A DNA stretch of 35,130 nucleotides, from positions 1 to 35,130 of the forward strand of contig CAYYGZ010000014.1 of assembly GCA_964471275.1 (NCBI GenBank). Reading direction: 5' to 3'. Shown piece after piece: positions 18,261 to 27,080 of this stretch (position 1 is the first letter of the stretch; every line of letters starts with the position of its first letter). This stretch comes from an uncultured bacterium. Lineage in GTDB: Bacteria; Latescibacterota; UBA2968. Under the pieces are notes generated by a model. That model was not told where the DNA came from. It saw only the letters and a program-made list of their open reading frames with translations, and ran no database searches. The translations under genes were made by a program, and so were the position numbers.

Positions 18261-18338
18261 GGCTCTGCTCCTTTTACGGGTGGGGATGCCGCCTCTACCG
18301 TGAAGGTCCGACCGCCGCACCGTTTCGTTTGTTTCGCC

Positions 18339-18890
18339 TTAGATTTTCCAGACTCTAGATATAACCAAAAACACACCTATCGCGGCAATAACTCTAGAGA
18401 ACTCTGGAACCAGGACCTCCCATTTACCAAACCGCTTGAACCCGTAGATCACGGGAATCGAAATTGCGATAACGACAATCTGACCGAGCTCGATCCCGAT
18501 GTTGAAGCCGACGAGCGGGGCCCAGATCGTCCCCATCTCCATCATACTCTTGAGAAGCTCGGTCAGGTGGCCGGAGAATCCGGCACCGTGAATCAGACCA
18601 AATGCTCCCGCTACGAGCCACCTGCGACGCTGCTCCTTCATCACCAGGTTCTCGATCCCAACATAAGCGATCGAGGCAGCGATAAGCGTTTCGGTGAGAG
18701 TTGGATCGAGCGACACGATCTCGAGGGCGCTCAATACCAGCGTCGTTGAGTGCGCGATCGTGAATGCACTGATCACCGCCAGCAGGGCGCGCCATTCGGT
18801 GGCTGCGATGATCAGCCCAGCGAGAAACAGAAGGTGGTCATACCCGTCGAGGATGTGATCGAACCCCAGCTCCAGAAAGACGCTGAACAA
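18339..18890 (-). CDS. HupE/UreJ family membrane protein
   Basis: LGFDHILDGYDHLLFL, AFTIAHSTTL, FGLIHGAGF and GFNIGIELGQ. TTG start. Confidence 0.9.
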   Translation of the reverse strand: MFSVFLELGFDHILDGYDHLLFLAGLIIAATEWRALLAVISAFTIAHSTTLVLSALEIVSLDPTLTETLIAASIAYVGIENLVMKEQRRRWLVAGAFGLIHGAGFSGHLTELLKSMMEMGTIWAPLVGFNIGIELGQIVVIAISIPVIYGFKRFGKWEVLVPEFSRVIAAIGVFLVISRVWKI

Positions 18891-18935
18891 ATTGCCCTCT
18901 CAATGTGATTGACGGCCTTCGGTAGCCGCCGTGTT

Positions 18936-19445
18936 CTAGAATTCGTAGACCACCGTGGCTGCGTTAGCTCGGAAGAGATGGCTTTGCTTGCCTGCCGTGG
19001 ACGTCACCTCCAGCACGTTTCCCTGATCCGGAAAAGCCCCGAAGAGCACGCGATTCTCGACCTTGATCTGTCGGAGCGTGTCGGGGGACTGGAACCGGAA
19101 TTGCATCCACATCGTCTCGTTCCCCTGACCTGCTTCCGTGATCTCGAGCTTCAGGTCGGTCTTCCCGTTCGCCTCGACTTTGAAATGCCGTTTCATGTAA
19201 CGCAGCGTGAGCTTCTCGAACGCCTCCGGGGTCAACTCATAGATCGGTGTTTCGTTGATCCACTGATCCAGCGCTTCGATAAAATCGAGTTTGTTGAAAA
19301 CGAGCTTCCCCGTCAACGTGGTCGCTGTCGCATCGCCCTTCCCGATACTCAGGTGCAGGCCGTGTGCGCCGATCCCGACAGAAACCAGGCACATCACGAC
19401 ACACAGACCCGCGATTCCCGCCGACCTGAGGTATGGGAAACACAT
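18936..19445 (-). CDS. Exported protein, DUF6702-like
   Basis: Signal peptide then A-HGLHLS N-terminus and a beta-rich body with NRVLF..FPDQ.N, directly upstream of HupE/UreJ. Start is uncertain (19445 or 19457). Confidence 0.7.
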   Translation of the reverse strand: MCFPYLRSAGIAGLCVVMCLVSVGIGAHGLHLSIGKGDATATTLTGKLVFNKLDFIEALDQWINETPIYELTPEAFEKLTLRYMKRHFKVEANGKTDLKLEITEAGQGNETMWMQFRFQSPDTLRQIKVENRVLFGAFPDQGNVLEVTSTAGKQSHLFRANAATVVYEF

Positions 19446-19453
19446 CGTCACAC

Positions 19454-20038
19454 TCACTCTCGAGCGAACGTCAGATACCAATCGACAAAAGCCCTGTCCG
19501 CGGCGGATTCTTCATCAGGATTCCTGAGCATCCGCATCGAGAACAGCAGTGTCTTGTGCAGCTCCGGATACTGACGGATCAACTCCAGAACACGCGGGCG
19601 ATCATCCCACCGCGACCGAAACAGCAACCGCACCACGGACTCGTATTCCCGAACCGTGCTCTTTTCCGCGAGCTCCGGTACCGACCCGGATCCGGTAAGG
19701 ACACCATACAGCCCGATCGGTGCCAGTATGCTTCCGGTGATGATCGCGCCCTTCCTGAAGCGATCATTGTCGGATGCTGCTCCCGTCACGATCAGGGCCG
19801 TCCCACCGATCGTGGCAATCCACGAAAGAAACTTTGGACTGACGTGGAGCCACGAGTGGATGCCGCCTCCGCCGGTGGACACGTGCCTCAGAATGCTCCT
19901 TGGCGGCAGCCTCTCCGCCTCCGAGCAGCTCGCAGATCTGTAGCCGAGAACGTCGTCCAGTCGACCGAGTGACGATTGCGCGGACAGGGACGCGCTGAGT
20001 GTCAGGCTCAGAACGATGAACAGGATCTGCTTGGTCAC
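19454..20038 (-). CDS. Hypothetical exported/membrane protein
   Basis: GTG 20038 with GGAG RBS gives a signal peptide (KQILFIVLSLTLSASLSA-Q) and two Gly-rich hydrophobic segments; the gene is co-oriented with the operon. Confidence 0.7.
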   Translation of the reverse strand: MTKQILFIVLSLTLSASLSAQSSLGRLDDVLGYRSASCSEAERLPPRSILRHVSTGGGGIHSWLHVSPKFLSWIATIGGTALIVTGAASDNDRFRKGAIITGSILAPIGLYGVLTGSGSVPELAEKSTVREYESVVRLLFRSRWDDRPRVLELIRQYPELHKTLLFSMRMLRNPDEESAADRAFVDWYLTFARE

Positions 20039-20159
20039 TTGTGTGGCTCCAAAGACACCCGGTCCGCTTGCATAACGACCGCCGAGCTGTATTGCGTGTA
20101 GCTCCGCTCGCTGTATTCGAGGAATTCTGCACACGCTCAGAACGATGCTTCTTCCCACC

Positions 20160-21311
20160 CTATCCAGATATCCGTGCCACGATGCCCCTCGCCGCTTCCC
20201 TCGCCCAACGATCTGCGGCATAGATCCAATCCAGATCTCCCGTCCCGTTATCGTGTGCGGCTAACGCATCACCAACGACGCGGGGAATATCCATGAATCC
20301 GATCCGCTCATCTAGAAACGCTTCAACGGCGATTTCGTTTGCTGCATTCAGGACGGCGGGGGCTGTGCCCCCCGCATCGATCGCGTCGTAACAGAGCTGC
20401 AGACACGGGAACCGGTCGAGATCGGGCTCGAAGAAGGAGAGGCTGCCGACCTTGACCAGGTCAAGTGTCGACACCCGTGAGGGCAGCTTGTCCGGATGAG
20501 TCAGCGCTTGCTGAATCGGCAGACGCATGTCGGTCGCGCTGAGATGGGCGATCACGCTCCCGTCGATATACTCGATCATGCTGTGCACGATCGACTGTCG
20601 GTGGATAATCACATCGATCTTCGGAAGCGGCAGACCGAAGAACCAATGAGACTCGATCACCTCGAAGCCTTTGTTCATGAGCGTTGCTGAATCGATCGTG
20701 ATCTTCGGCCCCATCTTCCAGGTGGGATGATTCAAGGCTTCAGCTCGCGTCACCTTCTGCATTTGCGCGAGCGAGGCATCAAAAAAGGGCCCGCCGGACG
20801 CCGGCAGGATGATACGTGTGACATCCTCGAGCGGGCGCTGCCGCAAGGTCTCCCAGATCGGTGTGAGCTCACTGTCCAGCGGGACAAGCTTGACGCCCTT
20901 CTCCTGCACGATCCCGGTCACCACCTCGCCCGCCACGACCAGCGTCTCCTTGTTGGCCGTCGCGACATCCTTCCCGGCCTCCAGCGCTGCCACGGTCGGC
21001 CGGACCCCGACCCCCGCGACCAGCCCGTTGATCACCATATCCACCTCTCCATCTGCAGCAAGCTGGAGCAGGCCGTCATCCCCCTCGACAACCTCAACCG
21101 AGTCGTCGAGCAGGCTACGGGCCTTCCTTCCAAACCCCTCGCCAACGCAGATGCATCGTGCACGATGCGTCCGGGCTTGCTCGCAGACCTCGTCAATGCG
21201 ACTGCCCGCACTCAGGCTGACCACCTCGAACCGATCAGGCATCGCCCGGATCACATCGAGCGTGTTGGTACCGATCGAACCCGTCGATCCAAGAATGGCG
21301 ACACGCGTCAT
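20160..21311 (-). CDS. dxr: 1-deoxy-D-xylulose-5-phosphate reductoisomerase
   Basis: ILGSTGSIG, ANKETLV, DSE, ASGGPF, HPTWKMGPKITIDSATLMNKGFEVIE and NAANE. ATG 21311 lies just after the cdsA stop. Confidence 0.98.
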   Translation of the reverse strand: MTRVAILGSTGSIGTNTLDVIRAMPDRFEVVSLSAGSRIDEVCEQARTHRARCICVGEGFGRKARSLLDDSVEVVEGDDGLLQLAADGEVDMVINGLVAGVGVRPTVAALEAGKDVATANKETLVVAGEVVTGIVQEKGVKLVPLDSELTPIWETLRQRPLEDVTRIILPASGGPFFDASLAQMQKVTRAEALNHPTWKMGPKITIDSATLMNKGFEVIESHWFFGLPLPKIDVIIHRQSIVHSMIEYIDGSVIAHLSATDMRLPIQQALTHPDKLPSRVSTLDLVKVGSLSFFEPDLDRFPCLQLCYDAIDAGGTAPAVLNAANEIAVEAFLDERIGFMDIPRVVGDALAAHDNGTGDLDWIYAADRWAREAARGIVARISG

Positions 21312-21315
21312 AGGG

Positions 21316-22134
21316 CTAGACGGTTTGTGTGATGGAGAGATACGCGTAGACGAGCGGGTAGACGAACAGAAAGGAATCGAACCTGTCGAGGATGCCACCG
21401 TGGCCGGGGATCACTGCAGACGCATCTTTGACACCGGCATCACGTTTGATCATCGACTCCACAAGATCACCGAACGGTGCACCGAGACCGACAACGAGCC
21501 CGAGCCCGAGCCCGTCCCACAGGCTCAGGAAAGCAAATTGCGTCGATGCATAGACGATCAGACCGACAGATCCGACAATGCCCCCGATAAATCCAGCCTC
21601 CGTCTTACCGGGGCTGATGTCGGGGAATGGATGTCGGCATCCGAAGGCCCGGCCAGCAAAGTAACCGAAGGTATCGGACACCCAGATTGCAGCGAGAATC
21701 AAGATCGAGAAGGCCGCCGTTTCGTTCGGTGTGATGCCGTCAAACGAAGCAGACCGCACCTGGTAGGCGAAGCTGGCAAGCACACCAACGTAGAGAATGC
21801 CCACAAAAGTCGACTCGGCATTCGCCACCGTGTTTCCGCCAAACCCCGCCCCGGACAGGACGATCAACACGAGTAGGGCGGAGAGGGGCACGACCAGGGC
21901 GCCGACACCGTAGAGATAGACGGCGATGCACCAAAACAGAGAGGCCGCAACACCCGGAATCACCCAGGGCTGCAGCCCCTTCTCTTGTTGCATCCGATAG
22001 AATTCCCACGTTCCACCGCCCACCAGAACACCGAGCACGATGAGAAGCGCCAGACCGCCGACCCAGAAAACACCCAGGATCAGGGGCCCGAAGACAGCCC
22101 CAACGGCCACCCTTTGTGTCAGGTTCGTCGCCAA
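21316..22134 (-). CDS. cdsA: Phosphatidate cytidylyltransferase
   Basis: Polytopic protein with SDTFGYFAG, ISPGKT.AG and GDLVESMIKRDAGVKD..IPGHGGILDRFDS. TTG 22134 with GGAG RBS is preferred over 22170. Confidence 0.96.
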   Translation of the reverse strand: MATNLTQRVAVGAVFGPLILGVFWVGGLALLIVLGVLVGGGTWEFYRMQQEKGLQPWVIPGVAASLFWCIAVYLYGVGALVVPLSALLVLIVLSGAGFGGNTVANAESTFVGILYVGVLASFAYQVRSASFDGITPNETAAFSILILAAIWVSDTFGYFAGRAFGCRHPFPDISPGKTEAGFIGGIVGSVGLIVYASTQFAFLSLWDGLGLGLVVGLGAPFGDLVESMIKRDAGVKDASAVIPGHGGILDRFDSFLFVYPLVYAYLSITQTV

Positions 22135-22256
22135 ACCCTCTCCCTGAGGTTGGCTAAGCCGTTGCAGCAAGTGAGCGGTTCGATATCGTCACGGAGAAAT
22201 CTGCTGGAGCTCAACATTGTGGTAAGATGGCCCGTCACTTGTCTGGTAACGAGCCC

Positions 22257-23084
22257 CTAGGCCGTGGCGTGAGCTGTCACGCCATTCCTCTCGGATTCGG
22301 CCCCGTCGGGTGCATCCAGCTGTGCGCTCGTCTTGCCATACCGGCGCTCGCGTGACTGAAAGCTGCGGATCGCGTCGTATAGATGCACACGCTCGAAATC
22401 GGGCCAGAATACCGAGGTGAACACGAACTCGGTGTAGGCGCATTGCCAGAGCATGAAATTGCTGAGTCGAACTTCGCCGCTTGTCCGGATCATCAGGTCC
22501 GGGTCGGGAAGGTCACCGGAAAGGAGATGGCTGGCGAAGATCTCCTGGTCGATATCGGCAACCGCGAGGTCCCCTTTTTCGACTCGGGCAGCGATTTCCT
22601 TGGCTGCGTGTAGAATGTCGCTACGACCATCGTAGCTCAACGCGAGGTTCAGTGTCAGGCCCGTATTCTTGGAAGTTACCCGGATGGCGTGATTCAGGGC
22701 CATCTTGGCCTGTTTGGCAAGCCGCTCCGTATGCCCGGTGGCAACGAGCCGGACGTTATTTTCCTGTAGCTCCGGGAGCTCCTGCATCGAGCTGTCTCGG
22801 AGCAATTGCATCAAAGAGAGCACCTCGCCCCAGGGCCGACTCCAGTTTTCGGTGCCGAACGTAAAAAGCGTCAGAACGTCGACCTGGAGCTCGCCGCAAA
22901 CGCGGACCGTATTGCGGACAACATCGCGTGCCGAGCGATGTCCCTCGCTGCGGGTCATGTCCCGACGCTCCGCCCAGCGGCCATTGCCATCCATGATGAT
23001 GGCGATGTGCCGGGGCAGCCGGCCGCTCTGCTTCAATTCAGCCTGTTCCTGAGCGTCTCGTTTGCGATCCAAATCCCGGCCCAA
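22257..23084 (-). CDS. uppS: Undecaprenyl diphosphate synthase (isoprenyl transferase)
   Basis: HIAIIMDGNGRWA, ENWSRP, DPDLMIRTSGEVRLSNFMLWQ and RERRYG. Confidence 0.98.
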   Translation of the reverse strand: MGRDLDRKRDAQEQAELKQSGRLPRHIAIIMDGNGRWAERRDMTRSEGHRSARDVVRNTVRVCGELQVDVLTLFTFGTENWSRPWGEVLSLMQLLRDSSMQELPELQENNVRLVATGHTERLAKQAKMALNHAIRVTSKNTGLTLNLALSYDGRSDILHAAKEIAARVEKGDLAVADIDQEIFASHLLSGDLPDPDLMIRTSGEVRLSNFMLWQCAYTEFVFTSVFWPDFERVHLYDAIRSFQSRERRYGKTSAQLDAPDGAESERNGVTAHATA

Positions 23085-23133
23085 AAGGTGATCCTTAAAA
23101 CGTGTTTTTCAACATAAAAGTTTGTATCCTTTA

Positions 23134-23162
23134 AATTTGTGTCTCGGCATTTGCGTTGTCAA
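23134..23162 (-). promoter_or_regulatory. Possible sigma70 promoter for the uppS-cdsA-dxr-rseP operon
   Basis: TTGACA at 23162-23157, then 17 bp and a weak -10 (CAAATT), in an AT-rich patch upstream of uppS. Confidence 0.4.
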
Positions 23163-23254
23163 GAAGTCATTCCCAGAGCGGCCCCGAAACCCGATCCGAC
23201 AGTGTCGAGTCTCAGCTATATCAGTCAGAGTGCACCCCAGAAAAGGAATAGAGA

Positions 23255-24034
23255 ATGCTGGATCCTGATCTGCTGAAGGAGAAGCTCGAAGCGCACACAG
23301 AATGGCTCTCTACCAATGAGAAGAGTGGCGAACACCTTGTCCTGGTAGGCGAGAACCTGATACGGGCAGAGATGGAGGGAGCAGACCTGCGCAAAGCGGA
23401 TCTGCGAGAGATCAACCTCAGCGGCGCCAAACTCCAGAGAGCTACGCTGGACGGCGCCAACCTCGGACGGGCACGGATGCCGGCGGCGAACCTGCGCGGT
23501 GCATCCCTCGAGGGGGCCAATCTGAATGGCGCTCACCTGCAGAACACCATTTTAGTCGGGGCAAACCTGAGAAACGTCGACCTCGCCCCGTCGGACCTCG
23601 AGCTCGCCAACATGGCGAAAGCGGATCTGACGGGATCGGACCTTCAGAAAGCCAACCTCCGGCGCGTAGACCTGAGCGACGCAATCCTGGTCGACACGGA
23701 TCTGAGACGAATCGATCTCGCAGAGGCGAACGTGCACAATGTGCGCTTTGACCGCACCAACCTGCAGGCAACCAAGCTAACGGGCATGGACTTCTCCCAG
23801 TGCACGTTTGTCGGCGCCAACCTCAAGAAGGTGTGCATGCAGAAAGCCACGCTCGCCCAGGTCGACTTCACCGACGCAGACCTTCGCGACGCCAAGCTCA
23901 GCGAATCCGACTTCTACAAAGTCACCTTGCAGAACGCCGACCTCCGCGGCGCTGATCTCCGAAGAGCCGTAAGCATCAGCAGTTCCGTCCTCGAAGCCGC
24001 CATCACAAACGAAAAGACCATCCTCCGCGATTAA
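23255..24034 (+). CDS. Pentapeptide repeat protein
   Basis: Continuous A(D/N)Lxx repeats over about 210 aa after an N-terminal cap (LEAHTEWL...G). AAGGA RBS. Confidence 0.95.
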   Translation: MLDPDLLKEKLEAHTEWLSTNEKSGEHLVLVGENLIRAEMEGADLRKADLREINLSGAKLQRATLDGANLGRARMPAANLRGASLEGANLNGAHLQNTILVGANLRNVDLAPSDLELANMAKADLTGSDLQKANLRRVDLSDAILVDTDLRRIDLAEANVHNVRFDRTNLQATKLTGMDFSQCTFVGANLKKVCMQKATLAQVDFTDADLRDAKLSESDFYKVTLQNADLRGADLRRAVSISSSVLEAAITNEKTILRD

Positions 24035-24263
24035 CGACCGATGCGCTCTGCCTGTGTTGGTGCAGCACACGCCGAGACGGTTGCAACGGGCCATCAGACA
24101 CGTCCTCTTCTACCCACCCCCAAGTCGTCTTCTCGCCTCATTGGAACCCGCGACGTCCGCTCCCTCTGGAATCTGAATCGCTTCTTCCTCTTTCAAGCGC
24201 CCTTGCTTTAAGTATATTGCGACAGAAAACCACTCGCTTTCACAGTCACCGGACTCTTGCGCA

Positions 24264-27080
24264 TTGGCCTCCTACCAGATCCAGCAGCTCGCCTCCTTCT
24301 GCGCCGAACACAGATTGGAATCAAAGGTGGTCCTCGTGCCTTCTGTTCAGGCGGGGACGTCCCTGGGCACGGCACTCGCCCGGAGCGGCACCAACTGGAT
24401 CAACCTCCGATTCTGCACACCCGAAGACCTGGCTCGTGAGATCAGCGAACCCGCATTCATTGCTGATGGATGGTCACCTCTGCCCAAGGAAGCAGACCTG
24501 ATCGAACTTGCCCCGTTTGTTCGGGATCACCTGGAGAGTCCTGGTAACATCAATTTCCGGAAGCCGGGCTTCACCCAGGGCCTGCTCCGTTCGATCCACC
24601 GAACGCTGCGTGCTCTTCGCATCGCGGGTATCCGGCCCGAAGCTCTGCTGCGTCATCACAGCAACCCCAAACTCCGTGCAATCGCGCAGCTCTACGTCGC
24701 CTACCAGGATTGCCTCGATGAAAGACGCTGGTATGACGGCCCGGACCTGTTCCAGGCAGCAACGACCCGGCTGGTACAGAGGCCGCGACCGGAATCCCGG
24801 TACGCGATCCTGGACGAAACCCCTCTGCCCGGTCTAGCCAGACGCTTCGTCCACGTGTTGACGGGAGACAGACTTCAGCGTATCGGACGGTCGTCGTATG
24901 GCGTAGCCATCCCCAAGACCGTCGCCGCACACGGGCTACGTGAGTCTCCCCTGATTCTGGACCTGGACTGCGAGCCCGCAGGTCTCGTTATGCGTACGGA
25001 TTCGCCGACGACACCGATCCAGAACATTGAGCTGCGACTCAGTACCGGGCCCGAGGTCGAAGTTCGGTCTGCTCTGGCCCGTATACGGATGGCGGGATGG
25101 CCGCTCGACAGCACAGAGATCGTGTGCGCATCGCCCGATCTGCTCAACTACGTTTACGATGCGACTCACAAGCTCGACATTCCTGCCACATTCGGCTCCG
25201 GCGTCTCAATCCTGCTCACGCGACCGGGTCAGGCCATTCGGGCCGCCCTGAATTGGATAGCCTCCGGCGGTGATCCCTGTTGGCTGACGGCCCTGCAGGA
25301 CGGTCGGCTCCTCAATGTCGCCCCCGGCAAGACACAGGCGCTCCCTGCCACACTTCAGGAAATGGCCACTCTCACCGAATCCTCTCGGAGCACCTCTGCC
25401 TCGTACGTTGCAATACTGGGAGCACAGCTGCTTACCGGTCACGTCACAACGCTGACGGAAGCCGAAGAACCGGCGCGTGACTCTTTGGTCAACAGGCTCA
25501 AAGAGATCGGAAAACACTGCAAAGCAGAAGGCCTCGCCAGTTCGATCGCGGAAACGCTGAAGGATGTCATCGAGGAGCATCGTTTCGAGGCCCACGCCCC
25601 CAAACCGGGACATCTGAATGTCGTCCCGCTGGACAGGGCAGGATTCTCCGGCCGTCCACACGTCTTCGTCCTCGGTCTGGACAGCGGCTCTTTCCCGGGA
25701 GCACCAGGAGAGGACCCACTGCTTCTGGATCACGAGAGATCTAGGATATCCGGTGACCTCGAGATGCTCCGGACAAGGCCAATGACTCAGGTCTGGCATC
25801 TGGTCCGAGTTCTGAGTCTGGCGCCATCCGCCAGTTTATCGGCATCCAGGTTCCGGTTGGCAGACGGTCAGGAAAGCGAGCCGGCAGCGCTCTTTTACCA
25901 TCTGCAGGCCGCGTCTAAGGCCGAACCGGTCGTGGACGGCATACTACCTGTGTCGCCAGAAGGCGCCGCCGAGATCTCGACGTGGATGCTCTCCTGGGCA
26001 AGAACCCGGGGTAACCGGGATGCGATTATTCCGCGAGTGCAATGGCTCTGTGCTGGAGAAGAGGCGGATCGCTGCAGGACCAAGCAGCCATTCACGCGAT
26101 TCAAAGGAATCACACAAGCAGATCGGGCATCACACGATGACGAGACGATCTGGTCCGCCTCTCGGTTGGAGACGCTGTCGCGATGTCCTTACCAGTACTT
26201 CTGGAAGTACGTGCTCGGGATCGAGCCGCCCGAGGAAGACGGGGTCGATCAGATGACCTGGTTGTCCCCCCTGGACTTCGGCTCGCTTCTGCACGAGTTG
26301 TTCCAGACCTTTATGGCCAACCAGGATGACAGAGATCGCCCACCATCGGTCGATCGAGGCACGGAGCAGATACTCGAAATGCTCCGCAGGCTTGTGGATG
26401 AGGCAGCACGGCGCCTTCCGCCGCCCACTCCCCTGGCATTCGAGATGGATAGAGCCCGTCTGGACACGGCTGCCCGTGTTTTCGTCGCGGAGGAGAGCAA
26501 GAGACCCGCCGACCACCGGCCCCGCGGGTTTGAGATCAGCTTCGGTTTCGATGCCTCGGGCGGTCTGAATCACCCCGAGCCGGTCAGCCTCCAGCTGGGT
26601 GAAACGACAGTCCGGCTGCGCGGGCTGATTGACCGGGTAGACAGGACGGATGGAGGATATATCGTCTGGGATTACAAGACCGGATCGGCCTTCCTCTACG
26701 ATGAATCCGACTTGCTTGGCAGCGGGGAGCATCTGCAGTGGGCTTTGTATGCGCACGTTTTCTCGGAAATCATGACCGGAGAAGAGCCTCAGAGAGCGAT
26801 TCTCTCCGGGTACTACTTTGCCAGCGACCGGGAGCACGGACGAAAAATTCTAGCCATGCCCCCGACAAAGAAGGAGCTTGGGAAGCTGCTTCGACCCGTA
26901 CTGGGCCTGGCCGGCAAGGGGGCCTATCCACCGATTCAGAAGACCTCCCACTGTCGGTTCTGTGATTACAAGACCATCTGTGGACACGAAGGGATGCTCC
27001 ACAGGTCAATTTCAACGGATCTGGATGCGGGATCGGACCCGGAGCTCATTGGACTGGTTACGGAATGGCTGTCGAACTGA
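24264..27080 (+). CDS. AddB/RexB-like PD-(D/E)XK nuclease subunit with Fe-S cysteines
   Basis: Degenerate helicase-like N-terminal part (VFVLGLDSGSFP..EDPLLLD), then SASRLETLSRCPYQYF, GSLLHE, GLIDRVD..WDYKTG, LQWALY and CRFCDYKTIC. Confidence 0.85.
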   Translation: MASYQIQQLASFCAEHRLESKVVLVPSVQAGTSLGTALARSGTNWINLRFCTPEDLAREISEPAFIADGWSPLPKEADLIELAPFVRDHLESPGNINFRKPGFTQGLLRSIHRTLRALRIAGIRPEALLRHHSNPKLRAIAQLYVAYQDCLDERRWYDGPDLFQAATTRLVQRPRPESRYAILDETPLPGLARRFVHVLTGDRLQRIGRSSYGVAIPKTVAAHGLRESPLILDLDCEPAGLVMRTDSPTTPIQNIELRLSTGPEVEVRSALARIRMAGWPLDSTEIVCASPDLLNYVYDATHKLDIPATFGSGVSILLTRPGQAIRAALNWIASGGDPCWLTALQDGRLLNVAPGKTQALPATLQEMATLTESSRSTSASYVAILGAQLLTGHVTTLTEAEEPARDSLVNRLKEIGKHCKAEGLASSIAETLKDVIEEHRFEAHAPKPGHLNVVPLDRAGFSGRPHVFVLGLDSGSFPGAPGEDPLLLDHERSRISGDLEMLRTRPMTQVWHLVRVLSLAPSASLSASRFRLADGQESEPAALFYHLQAASKAEPVVDGILPVSPEGAAEISTWMLSWARTRGNRDAIIPRVQWLCAGEEADRCRTKQPFTRFKGITQADRASHDDETIWSASRLETLSRCPYQYFWKYVLGIEPPEEDGVDQMTWLSPLDFGSLLHELFQTFMANQDDRDRPPSVDRGTEQILEMLRRLVDEAARRLPPPTPLAFEMDRARLDTAARVFVAEESKRPADHRPRGFEISFGFDASGGLNHPEPVSLQLGETTVRLRGLIDRVDRTDGGYIVWDYKTGSAFLYDESDLLGSGEHLQWALYAHVFSEIMTGEEPQRAILSGYYFASDREHGRKILAMPPTKKELGKLLRPVLGLAGKGAYPPIQKTSHCRFCDYKTICGHEGMLHRSISTDLDAGSDPELIGLVTEWLSN

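Noticed and set aside
20809..21876. 355-aa plus-strand ORF spanning dxr and cdsA
   Set aside because: Antisense shadow with Ser/Thr/Pro-rich composition and no RBS or domain.
23340..23960. Repetitive DNA (AACCT/GACCT periodicity) as a possible CRISPR or repeat array
   Set aside because: Fully explained by the 15-nt periodicity of pentapeptide-repeat codons; there are no identical repeats with unique spacers.
24264..27080. Cas4-like nuclease suggesting a CRISPR-Cas system
   Set aside because: The Fe-S PD-(D/E)XK domain is shared with AddB, and no cas1/cas2 or array is present.
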